Part shown: in pieces, positions 49,900 to 63,091 of the stretch
How the letters are laid out: every line of letters starts with the position of its first letter
How positions within the stretch are numbered: the stretch's first letter is position 1
Origin: Marsupella aquatica
Taxonomy: Eukaryota; Plantae; Marchantiophyta
DNA length: 64,000 bases
Assembly (NCBI GenBank): GCA_973895155.1
Contig: OZ316895.1
Coordinates: forward strand, 19,084,508-19,148,507
Direction of reading: 5' to 3'
Made by a program: the position numbers and the translations under genes
The notes under the pieces: model-generated
Database searches by the model: none
What the model was told of the DNA's origin: nothing
Seen by the model: only the letters and a program-made list of their open reading frames with translations

Positions 49900-52800
49900 C
49901 AAAGGAGCATATCCAATTGTTACTGGCTATATTACAGCTCATTCATCTGGTGATTGGTCCTCCCAACTTCACACTACGTTTGAATGGCCTATTGAAGAAG
50001 CTGTGGCATCGGTTAAGCAGCTCAATGAGAACTCTATCCTATGTTACTTCACGGAAAGACCACCGTTTCTGCCTGTATTCAGATCACATTGAAGAAGCTT
50101 TCATCAGAGAAATGGGATGGTCGGTGCAGCAAATCAAATTTGTCGGACTTTTTTATTTATGTAGTGGTGTTCAAAAATTTGGTACATTGTGATCAGGCTC
50201 TCACCTTTGCTCCTTGGTTTATGGACAGGAAGTTCATGTATACCTTCCCTTGGGATCCGTCGTTCAATATTTGTAGTGAAACATACACTAAGCTTCCAGT
50301 CTGGATCGAATCCTATTTTGCGACTTGGTGTTTTAGGACTACACAAAGGGCATTGCTGCTTCTTTCGGCAAAGTGTTATATTACATTTAGGGAGACAAAG
50401 CTAGTTCTTACCCTCATGACAGGGTCTATATCCTTTGGGATACGGAGAGGGAAATCCCCCGCAGTGTCAAGGTGGTAGTAAGGAAAGATAATTATAGTGA
50501 TCTGGCAGCAGGTGGTTTTTAAGAATATCCCGTATCATTGCTTTTGCTGTAGTAAGCGCGGACATTTGGCCCAAAATTGTCCTTCTATTGCTGCCCCAAA
50601 GGTGTATGAAAAAATCTCTACTGAGGAGACGACAACAAACGAGGATAACACCCTTCCGTCTGTCAAAGCTGTCCCTGAGGACCCTAAAAACAATTCTACT
50701 ATTCCAATGTTCTGACCAAAGCAATCGCTCTTATGAATCCGACAATTGCCCGTGTGGACTATCTGGCGCGAAATGCTAAAGGAAACAATACTACTGTTGC
50801 TGTATCCACTCGAGGTGACCCCTCCTCGCTGATTCCCACCGGAGAAAATGGTATGGGAGTCGTCGCTCATAACAAACGTAATACTGACTCTATCCCAAGT
50901 GGAGCTGCTACCTCTGCGATTGCCCTTATTCCTGTGTTGAAGACTAATGATACATCACAGATTAACACTGCTACCAATGTGGAAGGAAGGATTCTGGATT
51001 CACAACTGGCAATAGAGAAGGTAGTCCCTATTGTCACTCCTGTGATCTTGGCTAACACTAGCAACGCTGAGGTTGCTCCTTTTAACAGGCTTGCTACCAT
51101 ATCTCCAAGTATTGCAGCTGGCAACAATGCTTCAAAATTGGGAGTGGAGAAGAGGAACGGATCATGGTGACTCAGATATAGAGATGTCAGAATATGAGGA
51201 ATTCACTACCAAGAGCCAGAGCAAGAAAGATAGGGCAAGGAAGCTGGAGCTAAGGGTGACCCCCGGTTAAGAAAGGAAAAAGTAAACAGGATCCAAAGAG
51301 AGCCAAAGAAACGTTGAACTTTCCTTCAGATGGAGGCTGATACTACCAACTTTTCACAGAATCAGGTAACTACCAGGAACATGGAGGTGGATGGTGCCTT
51401 CACTACTGTGCTGTCAAAAAAAGGGAAGAAAGGAAAGGAAGGGATGATGAAAATGCAGGGCATTTCCAGGGGCCATTAGTAATTTTCCTCAACTATTTTC
51501 TTTTGAGGTTGGTGATATAGAGACGAAGATACCACCTCTGCATATTGCTTCCTGGAACGTTTGCGGATTGTGTGAACCAAATAGGAAACATGTAGTAAAA
51601 AATTGGGTGAGAAAGCTAAAGTATCCCCTTGATGCATTAGCTCTGCAGGAAGTGAAAGCGGATCAATTTCGTTTAGATGTGGCACTACGATCTATTCTAC
51701 CGGATTACAAATACTTTTCCTCTGCTGCAGAACAGGGTCACGGAGGATTGGCTCTTATTGTTAGAGCTTCTTGGAACATTGTTGAATCTGGATCTATTGA
51801 TGAAGGAAGAGCGATGTGGGTTAGAATAAAACACGATACAGGAACTGTTGGAATAATTAGCACGTATGCCCCCAACTCTTTGGGTGAGCATGCTCTGCTA
51901 TGGAATGAACTAAAAACAGTTCTTCCTCTTGAAAATTGGATATTATGTGGGGACTTTAACATGATTGAATTGCAGGAAGACACCTCAAGACAAACTCCGA
52001 TTATCAAAGGCAGAGAGGCAGAATTTTGGAGATTTCTTAAGGTTAGATTCAATCTGGAGGATGCATAGAACATAACTGAGAACTTCTCTGGAGCCAAGTT
52101 TACATGGCGTAGAGTCAGACTTGGAAAGCTGGTGGAATCTTGATTAGATAGGTTTTACACTAGTGATAAAGGATGGTGGCTGGGGGAGGTGACAGAATTA
52201 AAGCATGAAGGAGGTTCAGCTCTCTCAGATCATGACCCAATCATTCTGAAAATTCTCCTTGCTAGGAATCTGCAGGAGGAAGCCAGCGGAAGATAACACT
52301 TTTTCAAGGCCAATCCAGTTGTACTCAATAGCTCTGGTGGTTTAGAGGCTCTAAGGGATGCTTGGAACAAATCAGTGGATGAAGAATCTGAACGGCACAG
52401 GCGATTCATGTTAGCTAGCAAAAGATTAAGGGTTTGTTACATTCGAATTCAAGATTAAGGGTTTGTTACATTCGAATTCAAGATTCACCGAAGCAGAAAG
52501 ATGAAGAGTTGGAATTCTTACGGAATAAACTCAGGCTTCTGAAAATATCTATTATGGAATCTCACAGTGAGGCTAAACTGAAAGATTACTCGGAGGTGGA
52601 AGAACAGGTCAGGGTGGCTGAGATGGAGGAAGCACAACACCTGAGGCGTATAGCTAGAATAAAATGGCTAGGGCAAGGCAACGAACCATCAAAATTCTAC
52701 TTTGCTACAGTACGTACCAAACGTTCAAGGGAAGCAATAGACAATCTGATTTTAGAAGACGGGAGTGGTCTCACAAATCCTCGTGAGATTTTACAACAGG

Positions 52801-54267
52801 TGGAATCTCACTGTCAAGGTTTATTTTCCCCGCAGCTGCTAGTGTTGAGGAAGACTCCCGACGACTATCAGCAAGAGAGAAATTGCTAAGTCAGACGAAT
52901 TTTGTCCTCTCTCCGGGAGAACTCAATATGCTGGAGTCTCTCCCCTCATTAAAAGAAATCCGAGACACTCTTTGGATTCTTCCTAATGACGAGGCCCCAG
53001 GACCAGATGGCATTACAGCGGAGGTGTACAGAGCTCGTTGGGAATTCATTCAGGAAGATTTGACTGCAATGATACATGAGTATTGGATTACAGGGGATCT
53101 GGCCTCTCGTATTAAGGATGGAATCATCAAGTTCATACCCAAGAAATCAGACAAGAGCAGGCTAAAAGACTGGTGAGCTTTAACAATGCTTAATACCATC
53201 TATAAACTCATAGCCAAAATCCTAGCTCTACATCTTAAGTGCACAAATTCATCAGCCCCCAACAGACTGGATTCATCCCAAGTAGATTTATCTTGTAAAA
53301 TATCTCCATAGCATGGTTGACTAGTGACTGGGTCCATTTCAAGAAACATGGGTCTCTCTTTCTCAAACTAGACTACGAGAAAGCCTTTGACAGAGTAAAC
53401 CATACTTACATTTGGGACACTATGTATCTATTAGGCATCAGTGGGCACTCTCGGGGGGGGGTCACTATATGAAGGGTCATACATCACGTGCGACGGTTTG
53501 GGTCATTTATGACCCCCCTAAGTCACTTTCTAGAAAGTTGTACGGCACCAATCATGTGATGACACGTATGCATTTTGCAATTAAACAACCCTATATTTCC
53601 ATAGAAGACTTAATAAGTCTTCCGCCAAAACTATTTAAATGGTCCTATACTTCATCGCACATGATATGCCACTTCCATGGAAGTGACCCCTCCGAGTGGG
53701 CACTTCATTCATTTAGTTAGAGCTTTGCTTAGCTCTACTGAGTCCAGAGTGCATGTTAACGGACTCCTCTCTAATTCTCTGACACTGGAAAGGGGTGTGA
53801 GACAGGGATGCCCACTTTCACCTCTGCTATTTGTCATTTTGACTCAACCCCTCATGGACCTGATAGATTCTGAACTGCATAGAGGTAATTTTTTTGGAGT
53901 CAAAATTACCCATGATCTTACTGTTTGCTACAGGATTTTTGCAGACGACATTGGTCTCTTCATCCCTGCAAGAGAGGAAGCATTCTTGCGAGCCAAAGAG
54001 ATTCTTACATGTTATGAGATTGCTTCTGGTGCTAAATTGAACCTCCAGAAGTTAGTGATCATACCATTGGCGCTCGAAGAGATACCGGATTGGCTAATAA
54101 ACACTGGATGCTCCATTAGTCAACCTGGGGAAGTACAGAAGTTTCTCGGTGCTCCAATTGGAATTGGGCTCACACAGAATTCCTTGCATAAGTTCTGCCT
54201 AGATAAGATCAGTTCCTGCATTTCATCCTGGACTACTAGATTCCTTTCCTTTATATTTATCACATGA
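49900..54267 (+). mobile_element. Degenerate L1-clade LINE (ORF1 with zinc knuckle; ORF2 endonuclease and RT)
   Basis: ORF1: APWFMDRKFMYTFPWDPSF, LPVWIE, CFCCSKRGHLAQNC. ORF2: SWNVCGL, LALQEVK, ILCGDFNM, SDHDPI, APGPDGIT, LDYEKAFDRVNH, GVRQGCPLSPLLF, FADDI. Many stops and frameshifts. Confidence 0.88.
53450..53696. mobile_element. 247-bp MITE inserted in the L1 RT
   Basis: TIR ctcgg(g)ngtcact and agtgacccctccgag. TSD tgggcact at 53442-53449 and 53697-53704. Confidence 0.88.
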
Positions 54268-56497
54268 TGTTCCTAAAATCATCTGCGGATTGGATTGGGT
54301 CTAAGGGAAAACTTAGAAATATTCATGGAAGAACATTAGTGACTTTGAAATCTAACTTTGAGTTTGCTAGGAACCTTAGGGTATTTAAATCAAATTTTTG
54401 AAATATTCCAATAATATTTCAACTTCATAGTTCGAGTACCCCTTGGTTATGTAAGCTTGTTTTATTGAACTATTTGGAGCCATGAAGAGTTGCACATTGG
54501 AATAGATAGACTAGAGTGAATTTTAACGATAGTTGGGACAATTTCATTGAAGACAAATAGGAGTACGTACATTCATGGTAATACCAAGGGTAATTCTCCA
54601 TGCAAAACATTTCCCTTAGTACCTCTATGTCTATACAAAACTTGTACCATTCCATATAGTTCATGCAAAATATTACTTTGTCCATAGTAGTTGAAAGGTC
54701 TTGGAGTCCCTTGGTATTACTCTACCCATTGATAGTAGTTATGGTGTTTCTTATTTTTGCTTGTTTGTTACTCCTCTATCTACAGTAGCCAAAGTCTTTC
54801 TTAACTACCTTGGTAAATGTTAGAGAAGTTGACAAGTTTCTTGGGTTTCTTATGTTACCTTGGTAAATGCTAGAGTAGTTGAAGATTTTTTTCTACTTGT
54901 CATTATTAAAAAATGTGTAAATTAAATAGAAAATTGAAATAAATTACCAGAAAACATTGATATATCAATCACAACTCATCCAAAGATTAATTTCTTTCAC
55001 CCTATTTTACCATTTTCTTTGTTTACTTAAAATGCTACTTTTCAGTTTTTCTGTGTTTTTACAGTTACATGGTCTAATTGTCTTTCTTTGTCTTTCCTCA
55101 AACACAAATAGTCAAATTTGGTTCTTCTTGCATAACTAAAAATTCTTGTTTGTGTGACAAATCATGCTGATGTGAATGCACCAAAATTTTTGGAAGAAAC
55201 TTCATCCTCCATAAAAAATCCCTTACATTTTAGGGGGTATGAGGCTTAAAAATGCTAGAGGTGATGGGGGGGTCTCTATATAGTGATACCCCCAAGCTAT
55301 CTTGGGTCCTAATGTCTTCATACTTGCCCTCCCTAACAACACTTTAAAACAACGTTGAATGACCAAATTGATCATGACATTTTTGCAACCCAACCCAAAT
55401 TTTGCACCCACAAGTGTGACTACAAAAATGATCTAGTGAGAACAATAAGAATTCTTTATCAACTTCTTTCTCTCATTTGGAACTCTTTATCTTACCTCAA
55501 AATTTGTGTGATATGAGAAAGGGAAGGGAGAGGGTATAGCCAATGATAATGACACTTGTGTAACACATGGGCATGTTGTCTTACGAGTATGGTTGTACGT
55601 GTTGGATAAAATGACCATTACTCATAGGACAACGTGCAAAACTGCAACATCCAATGAACACACAAGTGTTGACACAAGAGGTGTGTGGTTCACCTCTTTG
55701 GAGGTTACGTCCAGTGAAACACACAAGAGAGATTAATTTATCAAACTCTAAATTCATTGGCCATATTGAGTCTCCACAGACTAAGTTCTCTCAATCTCTC
55801 AACTGGCTTTGTAACAATGAACCTAAGTTACACCCACTAACTAAATCCTACTAGTGTAAGTAGTAGTTGCATCTGACCATATCCAAGCACCTGACTATGA
55901 GTTGACTAACCGCAGTTACATAGTAAATCTAGACCTAACATTACATGCCTAACAGCAACAACAGTATGGCCGCTATAACAACATGACCGCAACAACATAA
56001 AAGATGTCTCAATAACATGCTTGCCTCACCTGCTTTTCTTTGCCTCAACTCAACACCATGGCCATAATGATCACATGGCCACAACGATCGCATGACCATG
56101 ATAGCAAAATGGCTACAACACTCATAACACGCCTTGCAACAATTTTCTAGCCTCACTTGCATCCATTGCCTCTACTCTGCCTTGCCTCAACATCTTTCCT
56201 GGCAGAACCTCCGCATCTTGTGTGCATAGAACCTCCGCATCTTATGTGCTATGCACACGCATTAGGCTGGTACTGCATAAATATTAAGAGGTTTTCACAT
56301 TCGTGCATCCAACTTTTCTATTCGTGCATTATGGTGAATGTACATGATAAATGTTTTGATATGAACTTGATTGCACAATTTCAGCAATCTGAAGACCCTG
56401 GATATTCATTTTCTGCTTGTACTAGATCACTTATTCACCATAATATTCGCGCGCAGGGGGGGTGTCTCCAGACTTGGCCTTAGACATGTAGTGAGGT

Positions 56498-56646
56498 AAC
56501 AAAGATGTCACTGCGAATTCCAAGAATTTAGGAATAGGATAACCAGGCAGATCAGGCTTAGAAACTGAAAATGAGAAAACAAAGATGTCACTAGAATTTA
56601 GGAATAGGATAACCAGGCAGACCAGGCTTAGAAACTGAAAATGAGA
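56498..56646. repeat. ~75-bp tandem duplication downstream of the PPR gene
   Basis: aacaaagatgtcact...agaatttaggaataggataaccaggcaga.caggcttagaaactgaaaatgaga occurs twice. Confidence 0.85.
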
Positions 56647-56878
56647 GCCTGACTCTCTAAACTTCTGCACCAGGCTTGGAAATGTATAGCCAGAAGCATA
56701 TCAAATGTACTCTTTGAAACTTCGATTTACCTGGTATCCATCCAACGTAACAAAATTACACTCGTCAAGAATTTTACTTCGAGTACATCTATATCAAAAA
56801 ATTTGCTTGCGGACAGCAAGGTAGGATTGGAAGAATTTACATGAATCCAGCAGGTTTGCTAATTTACAACTTGACCAC

Positions 56879-59599
56879 TTAAGATCGGCTATCTACAGTT
56901 GAACCCCATGCCAAAACCCTGGAGGCAAGCCTGTGCAAAACACACTTGTCCAATGTGGGATCAGTGTCCTTTATCCACTGAATAATATGGTTTGCCTGAC
57001 TACTTCTACCTGCTTTGCAATAAGCATCTAAAACACCTTTGTAAGTCAGCTCCTGAGGTTTACAACCATTCTTTTTCATGTATTTCAGAACATTCATGGC
57101 TTCTCTATACATACCAAGATGACCATAACTACCTACAAAAGTATTGTACGTGAAAATGTTGGGCTTAACCCCAGAGTTCATCATTTCCAAAAATATTCTA
57201 GCAGCATCCTCCATGCGTCCATGCTTGGCGTAAGCAAGAATTAGAGTGTTGTAAGTGATCACATTTGGCTCCTGCCCTGCCGCCTGCATTTCTCTCAAGA
57301 CATCCTCGGCTTTCCTGTACATTCCTTCTCGACCATACATACTTATGACAACATTGTAGGTCACCAAATCTGGAGCAATGCCATTCTGCTGGACTATTTC
57401 TAGCAGTTTTAGAGCACTGTCCATTCGTCCCCTTCTTGAATAAACTGTGATCATAGCATTGAAAGATTTCAAATCCGGCAGGAATCCATCTCTGTACAGC
57501 TCCAACCATGCCGTCTCTGCCTCATCCAGCATGTTGCACTTGCTGTAAACAAGAACAAGAGTCTTCAAGAGCATATTACTAAGATTGCCGAATCGGGGAT
57601 ACAGTTCCTCTATTCTTTCCTGAAGAAGCTGCAATTTTCCCGCATTTCCATAGGCATGAAGCATGGAAGAATACGAAACTTCATTCAGCTCAATTCCCAT
57701 TTCCTGCATTTCTCCAACAAGCTCTTCGACTTCTTCCCATCGGCCTTCTCTAGCAAAAGCTGCTAACAGGGCGTTAAAAGTAGCGATATCTGGCTCACAA
57801 CCTGCTTTCTGCATTCCAGAGTAGATTTCTACAGCGTGATCTGCTGAACCACACCGACCGTAGGCATCAATAAGAATGTTGAATGTGTCCTTCTCTGGCT
57901 TGCACCCTGCCTTCTTCATATTTTTGAACACCATAGCAACCTCTTCATGCATGCCATGCTTCCCATACGCATCTACCATAGTATTCCAAGTAACCACATC
58001 TGGAGCACAAGCGCTGGCACGTAGGTCATCAAAAACCTGCAGCATTTCAGCGTACATCTTCTTCTTTCCGAACATATCTATCAGAGAGTTGAAAGTGAAG
58101 AGATTCGGTTTGCACCCGCCAGCACACATATGCCTATATGTCTCCATTGCCAAATCGTCTAGTCCAGCTGAGCTATAAGCGAACATAAGACTAGTATAAG
58201 TGAACACATCCGGTTGAAGTCCGTTCCAAGTCATGGATTTCATGAGAGACACAGCCTCGTCATAAAGCCCAGCTTTTCCATACGAAGACAGAAGCTCGTT
58301 GTAAGTGACGACATTGGGAGGGCAACCGGCCCTTTCCATATCCTGCAAAAGTTCTAACGCTTCTTTATGCCAGCCTGCCTTCCCATATACATCAAGCAGG
58401 GCATTGTAAGTAACTCTATCAGGTGTGCAACCTGCTGATTTCATATCCTCAAATATGCCCCTCGCTTGCTGGCACAGAGACTCCCTAACACAAGCACTAA
58501 TCATAGTGTTGTATGTATATCTGTCAGGACGAAATCCGTTGGCCATCAATTCATCTAGCAGGCCCTCAATTTTATCCCAAGAGCGCCCTTTCTTTCCACA
58601 AATATCGATAACCACGTTGTAGGTTACCAAGGTTGGACTACAGCCTTCGTCCTTCATTTTCTCAAACAGCAGAAGGGCCTCGGCAGATTTCCCATTGCGT
58701 GCATATGCACTTATGAGGGAAGTATAGCAGTATACATTCAAGCGATGGCCCTCGGCCTCCAAGCTCTCGAAGATCTTCACAGCTGTATCAAGTTGCTTTT
58801 CGTGGCCCAAAATCCTCAACATACTAGCTATGGTGGGCTCGTCCAGAATCTCCTTTTCCCACTTCCGCATCCACGTAAACACCTCCAGAGCCTGCTTCCA
58901 TTGCTTATCTTTCCCAAAAGTCTTTATCAGGGACAAATAATCATGAACACAAAGCTCTTCGTGAGCAGCATCCAGGAGAGCTCCTAGTGTCTCACCAGTT
59001 TTCTGCTGCTTCGCGGCGTTGTATACTTCTGTCCCAGCTGAAGACAATCCTGTTCGCCACGGATTGCCGTCCACTTCTCGATTTTTTCCTAATCGGCACC
59101 GACCTGCTCTTTGCATTGACGCTCCGACTGGGTAAGATGTGGCAGCTTTGGTATCCTCCCAAATGCTGCTCGAGCCTCTCCTTCTGGTCTCATCGCAGGA
59201 ACTAATCCTGGCCCAGGCCAGCCTTGGATTTTCTTTCTTACCACTGCTCACTTCCTCAGTATTATTAGCCGTGCCTTTCCAGTTGTTGTTGATGTAGTAG
59301 TTGCTACTGCTGTTGCTGCTGCCGCTACTGCTGCTAGCTGCTGAGCAACATGCTTCACTAGCTCGAACATCTTCAGGTCCCCAGCCGTGCTGCAGTTGCT
59401 GTTCCAACATCAACCTCTTCTTCCTCGCTTCAAGGACAGGCTCCAAAATTGCAGAAAGCCCACCGTTGGAGCCGAAACTCCGCTCCGAAAAGGACACAGA
59501 GTTAGGCACAGGATGGCGAACATAGTCAGGTCTCGGTGGCAGAGGTGGCGGCGGCGTGAGCACCGGGGCTGCTACTGAGTTGTTAGCCATGGCTTCCAT
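56879..59599 (-). CDS. P-class pentatricopeptide repeat protein, single coding exon, likely organelle-targeted
   Basis: Long open frame with first in-frame ATG at 59599 (MEAMANNS). A low-complexity N-terminus is followed by a long run of 35-aa repeats (YCYTSLISAYARNG, VTYNVVIDICGKKG, YTYNTMISAC, VTYNALLDVYGKAG...). No E/DYW domain. Confidence 0.95.
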   Translation of the reverse strand: MEAMANNSVAAPVLTPPPPLPPRPDYVRHPVPNSVSFSERSFGSNGGLSAILEPVLEARKKRLMLEQQLQHGWGPEDVRASEACCSAASSSSGSSNSSSNYYINNNWKGTANNTEEVSSGKKENPRLAWARISSCDETRRRGSSSIWEDTKAATSYPVGASMQRAGRCRLGKNREVDGNPWRTGLSSAGTEVYNAAKQQKTGETLGALLDAAHEELCVHDYLSLIKTFGKDKQWKQALEVFTWMRKWEKEILDEPTIASMLRILGHEKQLDTAVKIFESLEAEGHRLNVYCYTSLISAYARNGKSAEALLLFEKMKDEGCSPTLVTYNVVIDICGKKGRSWDKIEGLLDELMANGFRPDRYTYNTMISACVRESLCQQARGIFEDMKSAGCTPDRVTYNALLDVYGKAGWHKEALELLQDMERAGCPPNVVTYNELLSSYGKAGLYDEAVSLMKSMTWNGLQPDVFTYTSLMFAYSSAGLDDLAMETYRHMCAGGCKPNLFTFNSLIDMFGKKKMYAEMLQVFDDLRASACAPDVVTWNTMVDAYGKHGMHEEVAMVFKNMKKAGCKPEKDTFNILIDAYGRCGSADHAVEIYSGMQKAGCEPDIATFNALLAAFAREGRWEEVEELVGEMQEMGIELNEVSYSSMLHAYGNAGKLQLLQERIEELYPRFGNLSNMLLKTLVLVYSKCNMLDEAETAWLELYRDGFLPDLKSFNAMITVYSRRGRMDSALKLLEIVQQNGIAPDLVTYNVVISMYGREGMYRKAEDVLREMQAAGQEPNVITYNTLILAYAKHGRMEDAARIFLEMMNSGVKPNIFTYNTFVGSYGHLGMYREAMNVLKYMKKNGCKPQELTYKGVLDAYCKAGRSSQANHIIQWIKDTDPTLDKCVLHRLASRVLAWGSTVDSRS

Positions 59600-59970
59600 T
59601 TCTCTCTGCTTGCTTTGTGAGTTTGAGTTCACATCAAAACTTCCCCACGACAAAGAATATCACCCAGTAGAGAGCGAGAGAGTTGTTTTGAAGCAAACAT
59701 TGAGACGGACAATTGCCTTCAAAGTCCAAAAGGGAATCAATGCAGCCAGGAGGGGACCATAGTATGCTTCGCTTAATCTACAGAAACAATCTCGCTAACC
59801 TAATAACTTATTTTCCAAAAGCCTAGTCGGCTGATGAGATATTACCTATCCTACCTCCACTTCAAGGTAGACAGAAACAGGGAACGCCCTGGATCTGTTG
59901 CTATTCTGAATCGCGTAGTCGCAGAGTTCTTTCGCACGAACCAGAAGTGCACTTCAGTCGATCACTGTGC

Positions 59971-60404
59971 ACCGTTCGAGAGATATTAGTGAAATGAATG
60001 AAAGAATGAATGAAATTAGAGAGCACCCTTAGCAGGTGAACTCAGATTCCCGAGAAAAGCAGCCGGAGCCAGAATCATTGAAGTCTGGACACCATCATGG
60101 ACCACTCACTGGTAGGATCGAACCTGAAACCGTCACACAAACAGAGACGGAGAGAAAGCGCCATCTGAAAGTCAATCATCTAACGACCGTTCGAGATGTA
60201 TATGTGGAATGAATGAAAGAATGAATGAATTTAGAGAGCACCTATAGCGGATGAACTCAGTTTCCCCAGAAAAGCAGCTGGAGCCCAGAATTTTTTAAAG
60301 TGTAGACACCATCATGGACCACTCACTGGTACGATCGAACATGAAACCGTAACACACGCAGAGACGGAGAGAAAGGTGGCTTTCTGTGAGTCAATCATCT
60401 AACG
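59971..60404. repeat. ~215-bp tandem duplication in the PPR upstream/5' region
   Basis: 59971-60185 and 60186-60404 share accgttcgaga...aatgaatgaaagaatgaatg...gacaccatcatggaccactcactggta...cagagacggagagaaag...gtcaatcatctaacg. Confidence 0.9.
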
Positions 60405-63047
60405 AATTCATTACTGACCTAAGAATTCTCAAGCCCTGCTCTCCTCCCAGCGCACTGTCTTCTCAACCCGAAGCAAGATCGGTGGACTGCGGGGGATTGG
60501 TTAGCAAAGTCCAGAATATTCATGAAATTTCTGAGCCTGGAGCTCTATGGAGCTGGGGTTCCCAGGTCCAATCTGAGACGTGAACGAAAATAATAACTAT
60601 CGGTTCATCAGGTCCGAACCGAACCTATTGAACCCCTTCTCTGGGCCAAATAGTGAATCTGCGAGAATTGGTAAAGGATGCAATGGTGTCATCATTATAA
60701 TAGGCTGTCCGATTTCAAGAGGATTAGCTTGTTCGTGTGAATGCGAGCACCTGACTGGCCATTGAAGTACGGGACCGACCCTGCTCGTGCCTGTGGGCTC
60801 CATGTGGACTCTGCTCGAGCGCATAGTGCGGGTAACCTGCCCCGCCATGTATAGGGTAATGAGGGTTTAGTCAGCCGTTACCAGGGTGTAACTGGCGACC
60901 AAGTTCTGACAGAAGGTTGCCCGGCGGGAGCTGGGAAACCTTCGGGAAGAACCTGGGAGCCCAGGTTACGCCCGGTGTAGTCGGGATGGAAAATAAAGGA
61001 AGGGAAAAGAAAACCTTATTTTGGTTTGGAAGTGTTTGGAGATGATTTGAAATTTGGAAGGACTTTTATTGAGTTAGGGAAAATGTATTGAGACAAAAGA
61101 AGAATAAGTGAGAGCAATTTTTGCTTAGCTTTACAAGATTTCAATTGGATTAATGTGGTTGCAACACGTAGTTACCGAGGCTACGTGGCGGCCTGTGGCA
61201 ACCACATTTGGATTATAGTTTTATTCATATTGGATTAATGTGGTTGCAACACGTAGTTACCGAGGCTACGTGCTTGCTCTAACTCGTCCTCATCTATGCT
61301 CTCAAAGCTATCTAATGCGATGATCAAGCTGTCCAGTTGCTTGAGTGCAGCGTCGGTGCCAGAGTACCCAGCAGCTTGGTATACCGAAAACCATTCATTG
61401 ATTCCAAGGGTGTATAATAATAACTGACCTTGCTCTTCATCCAGACCTCGTTGCATCACATAGCGATCATGTGTTTGAATGGCTGTGTGAATTTCTGGTT
61501 GCCGAATGGACGCCAGTGTAACTTGGATGGCCATGTTACATGGTCGAGGCAGGTCATTGTCATATCCAAGCGTTTGAAGTTCCCGTAACCATCCTTTCTG
61601 TAAGCAGGCATCCGTCCAGGTATCTTATTAGTTCCGACATTGATAGTGGTCCACCGAAACCAATCAGTGGAGTGGTAATGGTTAGAGAGAGATAAGTGTA
61701 TGTCAAAACACCCATTCAAGGCCCCAATCAAGGTAGGGCTAATATATGATCCATACGAACCATAGGCTCCACAGTGTAAGGGTAATATTGGGCGATACGC
61801 AGACATACACCCTGATCATTCAAGGCATTATATTCACATACAGAGTTAAACCTGATCACAAATGCAACTGGAGCGTTGGTTGGTCCAATGATGTCACACA
61901 TGCTATTTGTCTACAGTGTTCATCTGACATGTTCAGTTGCCTACATGACAAAAGTAGAGTCCATTTTTGTTGGTGCAGAATCATTTAACTATTGTTTATT
62001 GAGTTGATACGGCATGTAAGTAATACTTTACATATCCATGACAAGACAAAGCATTGGGTCCACACATCCTTATTGACTTCTCATTTAAATAGTTTTGTAT
62101 GTTGTGAGTTCCCTGAATAGCGGATTGGAGTCCTTATCATACCACAACAGAAGTTTCTGTTAGTCATTAGTACAGTAGCGCTACTTTAATCTATGCTATA
62201 TTTCTCAGAGCACATTTACATGGCTTAGATGTAAAATCAATGCGGTACATCAGCACTGTGATTCAAACAGCATGAAGTAGACCATTATCCAGGGTAAAAG
62301 TATGGTTGAAATCGGGCCATACTACATCCTCAAAGTCGTCATTCAGCCCCCATCCTTGAGGTGAATCATGTGCTTCAACACTGATTCCAGTTACATGTTT
62401 CTGCTGCCATTAGCCGCGGCGGCAAAGGGGAGACATGCATTTATCCTGGGCTAGCATTGATCCAGACTAAAGCTAAGCATATAATGAGTTGAGAAATGGA
62501 ATCATTGGTGAAGAGCACATACCTGTGGAGCCCGTGCCATAGTGCTCTGTTCTGTGACTGTTGGTGTAGTAGAAGGAGCGGTGTCACCCTCTCACTGAGC
62601 TTTGTGTGTGTTCTCTGACTGATTTTGTGCGGTCCCGCCACAGCACTTGACAGAAAGCAGTGTCCCACGAAGTCGAGCAGCATGTGAAGGGGGAATATAT
62701 TGCCAGACTATGGAGAGGGTGGTAGCATAATGAGATCAAGAACCAGAGCAGAAGCGGGAGAATAGTGGAGGCAAAAGATCCTCTAGTAGAGACAGAGTGT
62801 ACAGGTGTGGAGCACAGCATATAGGCTGGTACTAGGGAGACTTAAAAAAGCGCTGCTTTTTAGGGTAGCCGTCAGAATGGTGGCTGTTTGTTAGGTTATG
62901 TTGTTGTATACAATAGCTCATTCAATACAGTATGTGTTGTATATCTGGGGTATTACGTATACCATGTATTATATATATTAAAACACAATATATGAATATC
63001 ATATTCTTTTCTAACATCCTTTCACCTATGTCCGGTCTATACGAGAC

Positions 63048-63050
<3 letters not shown>

Positions 63051-63090
<40 letters not shown>
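63051..63090. repeat. (AG)20 microsatellite
   Basis: Read directly from the sequence. Confidence 0.98.

Positions 63091-63091
<1 letters not shown>

Noticed and set aside
49400-49900. Short ORFs between the gypsy end and L1 ORF1
   Set aside because: No diagnostic motif. Probably TE-derived but unassignable by eye.
59600-59653. PPR start at 59653 as given by the ORF track
   Set aside because: That is a non-ATG start and the first in-frame ATG is at 59599. An upstream exon cannot be excluded.
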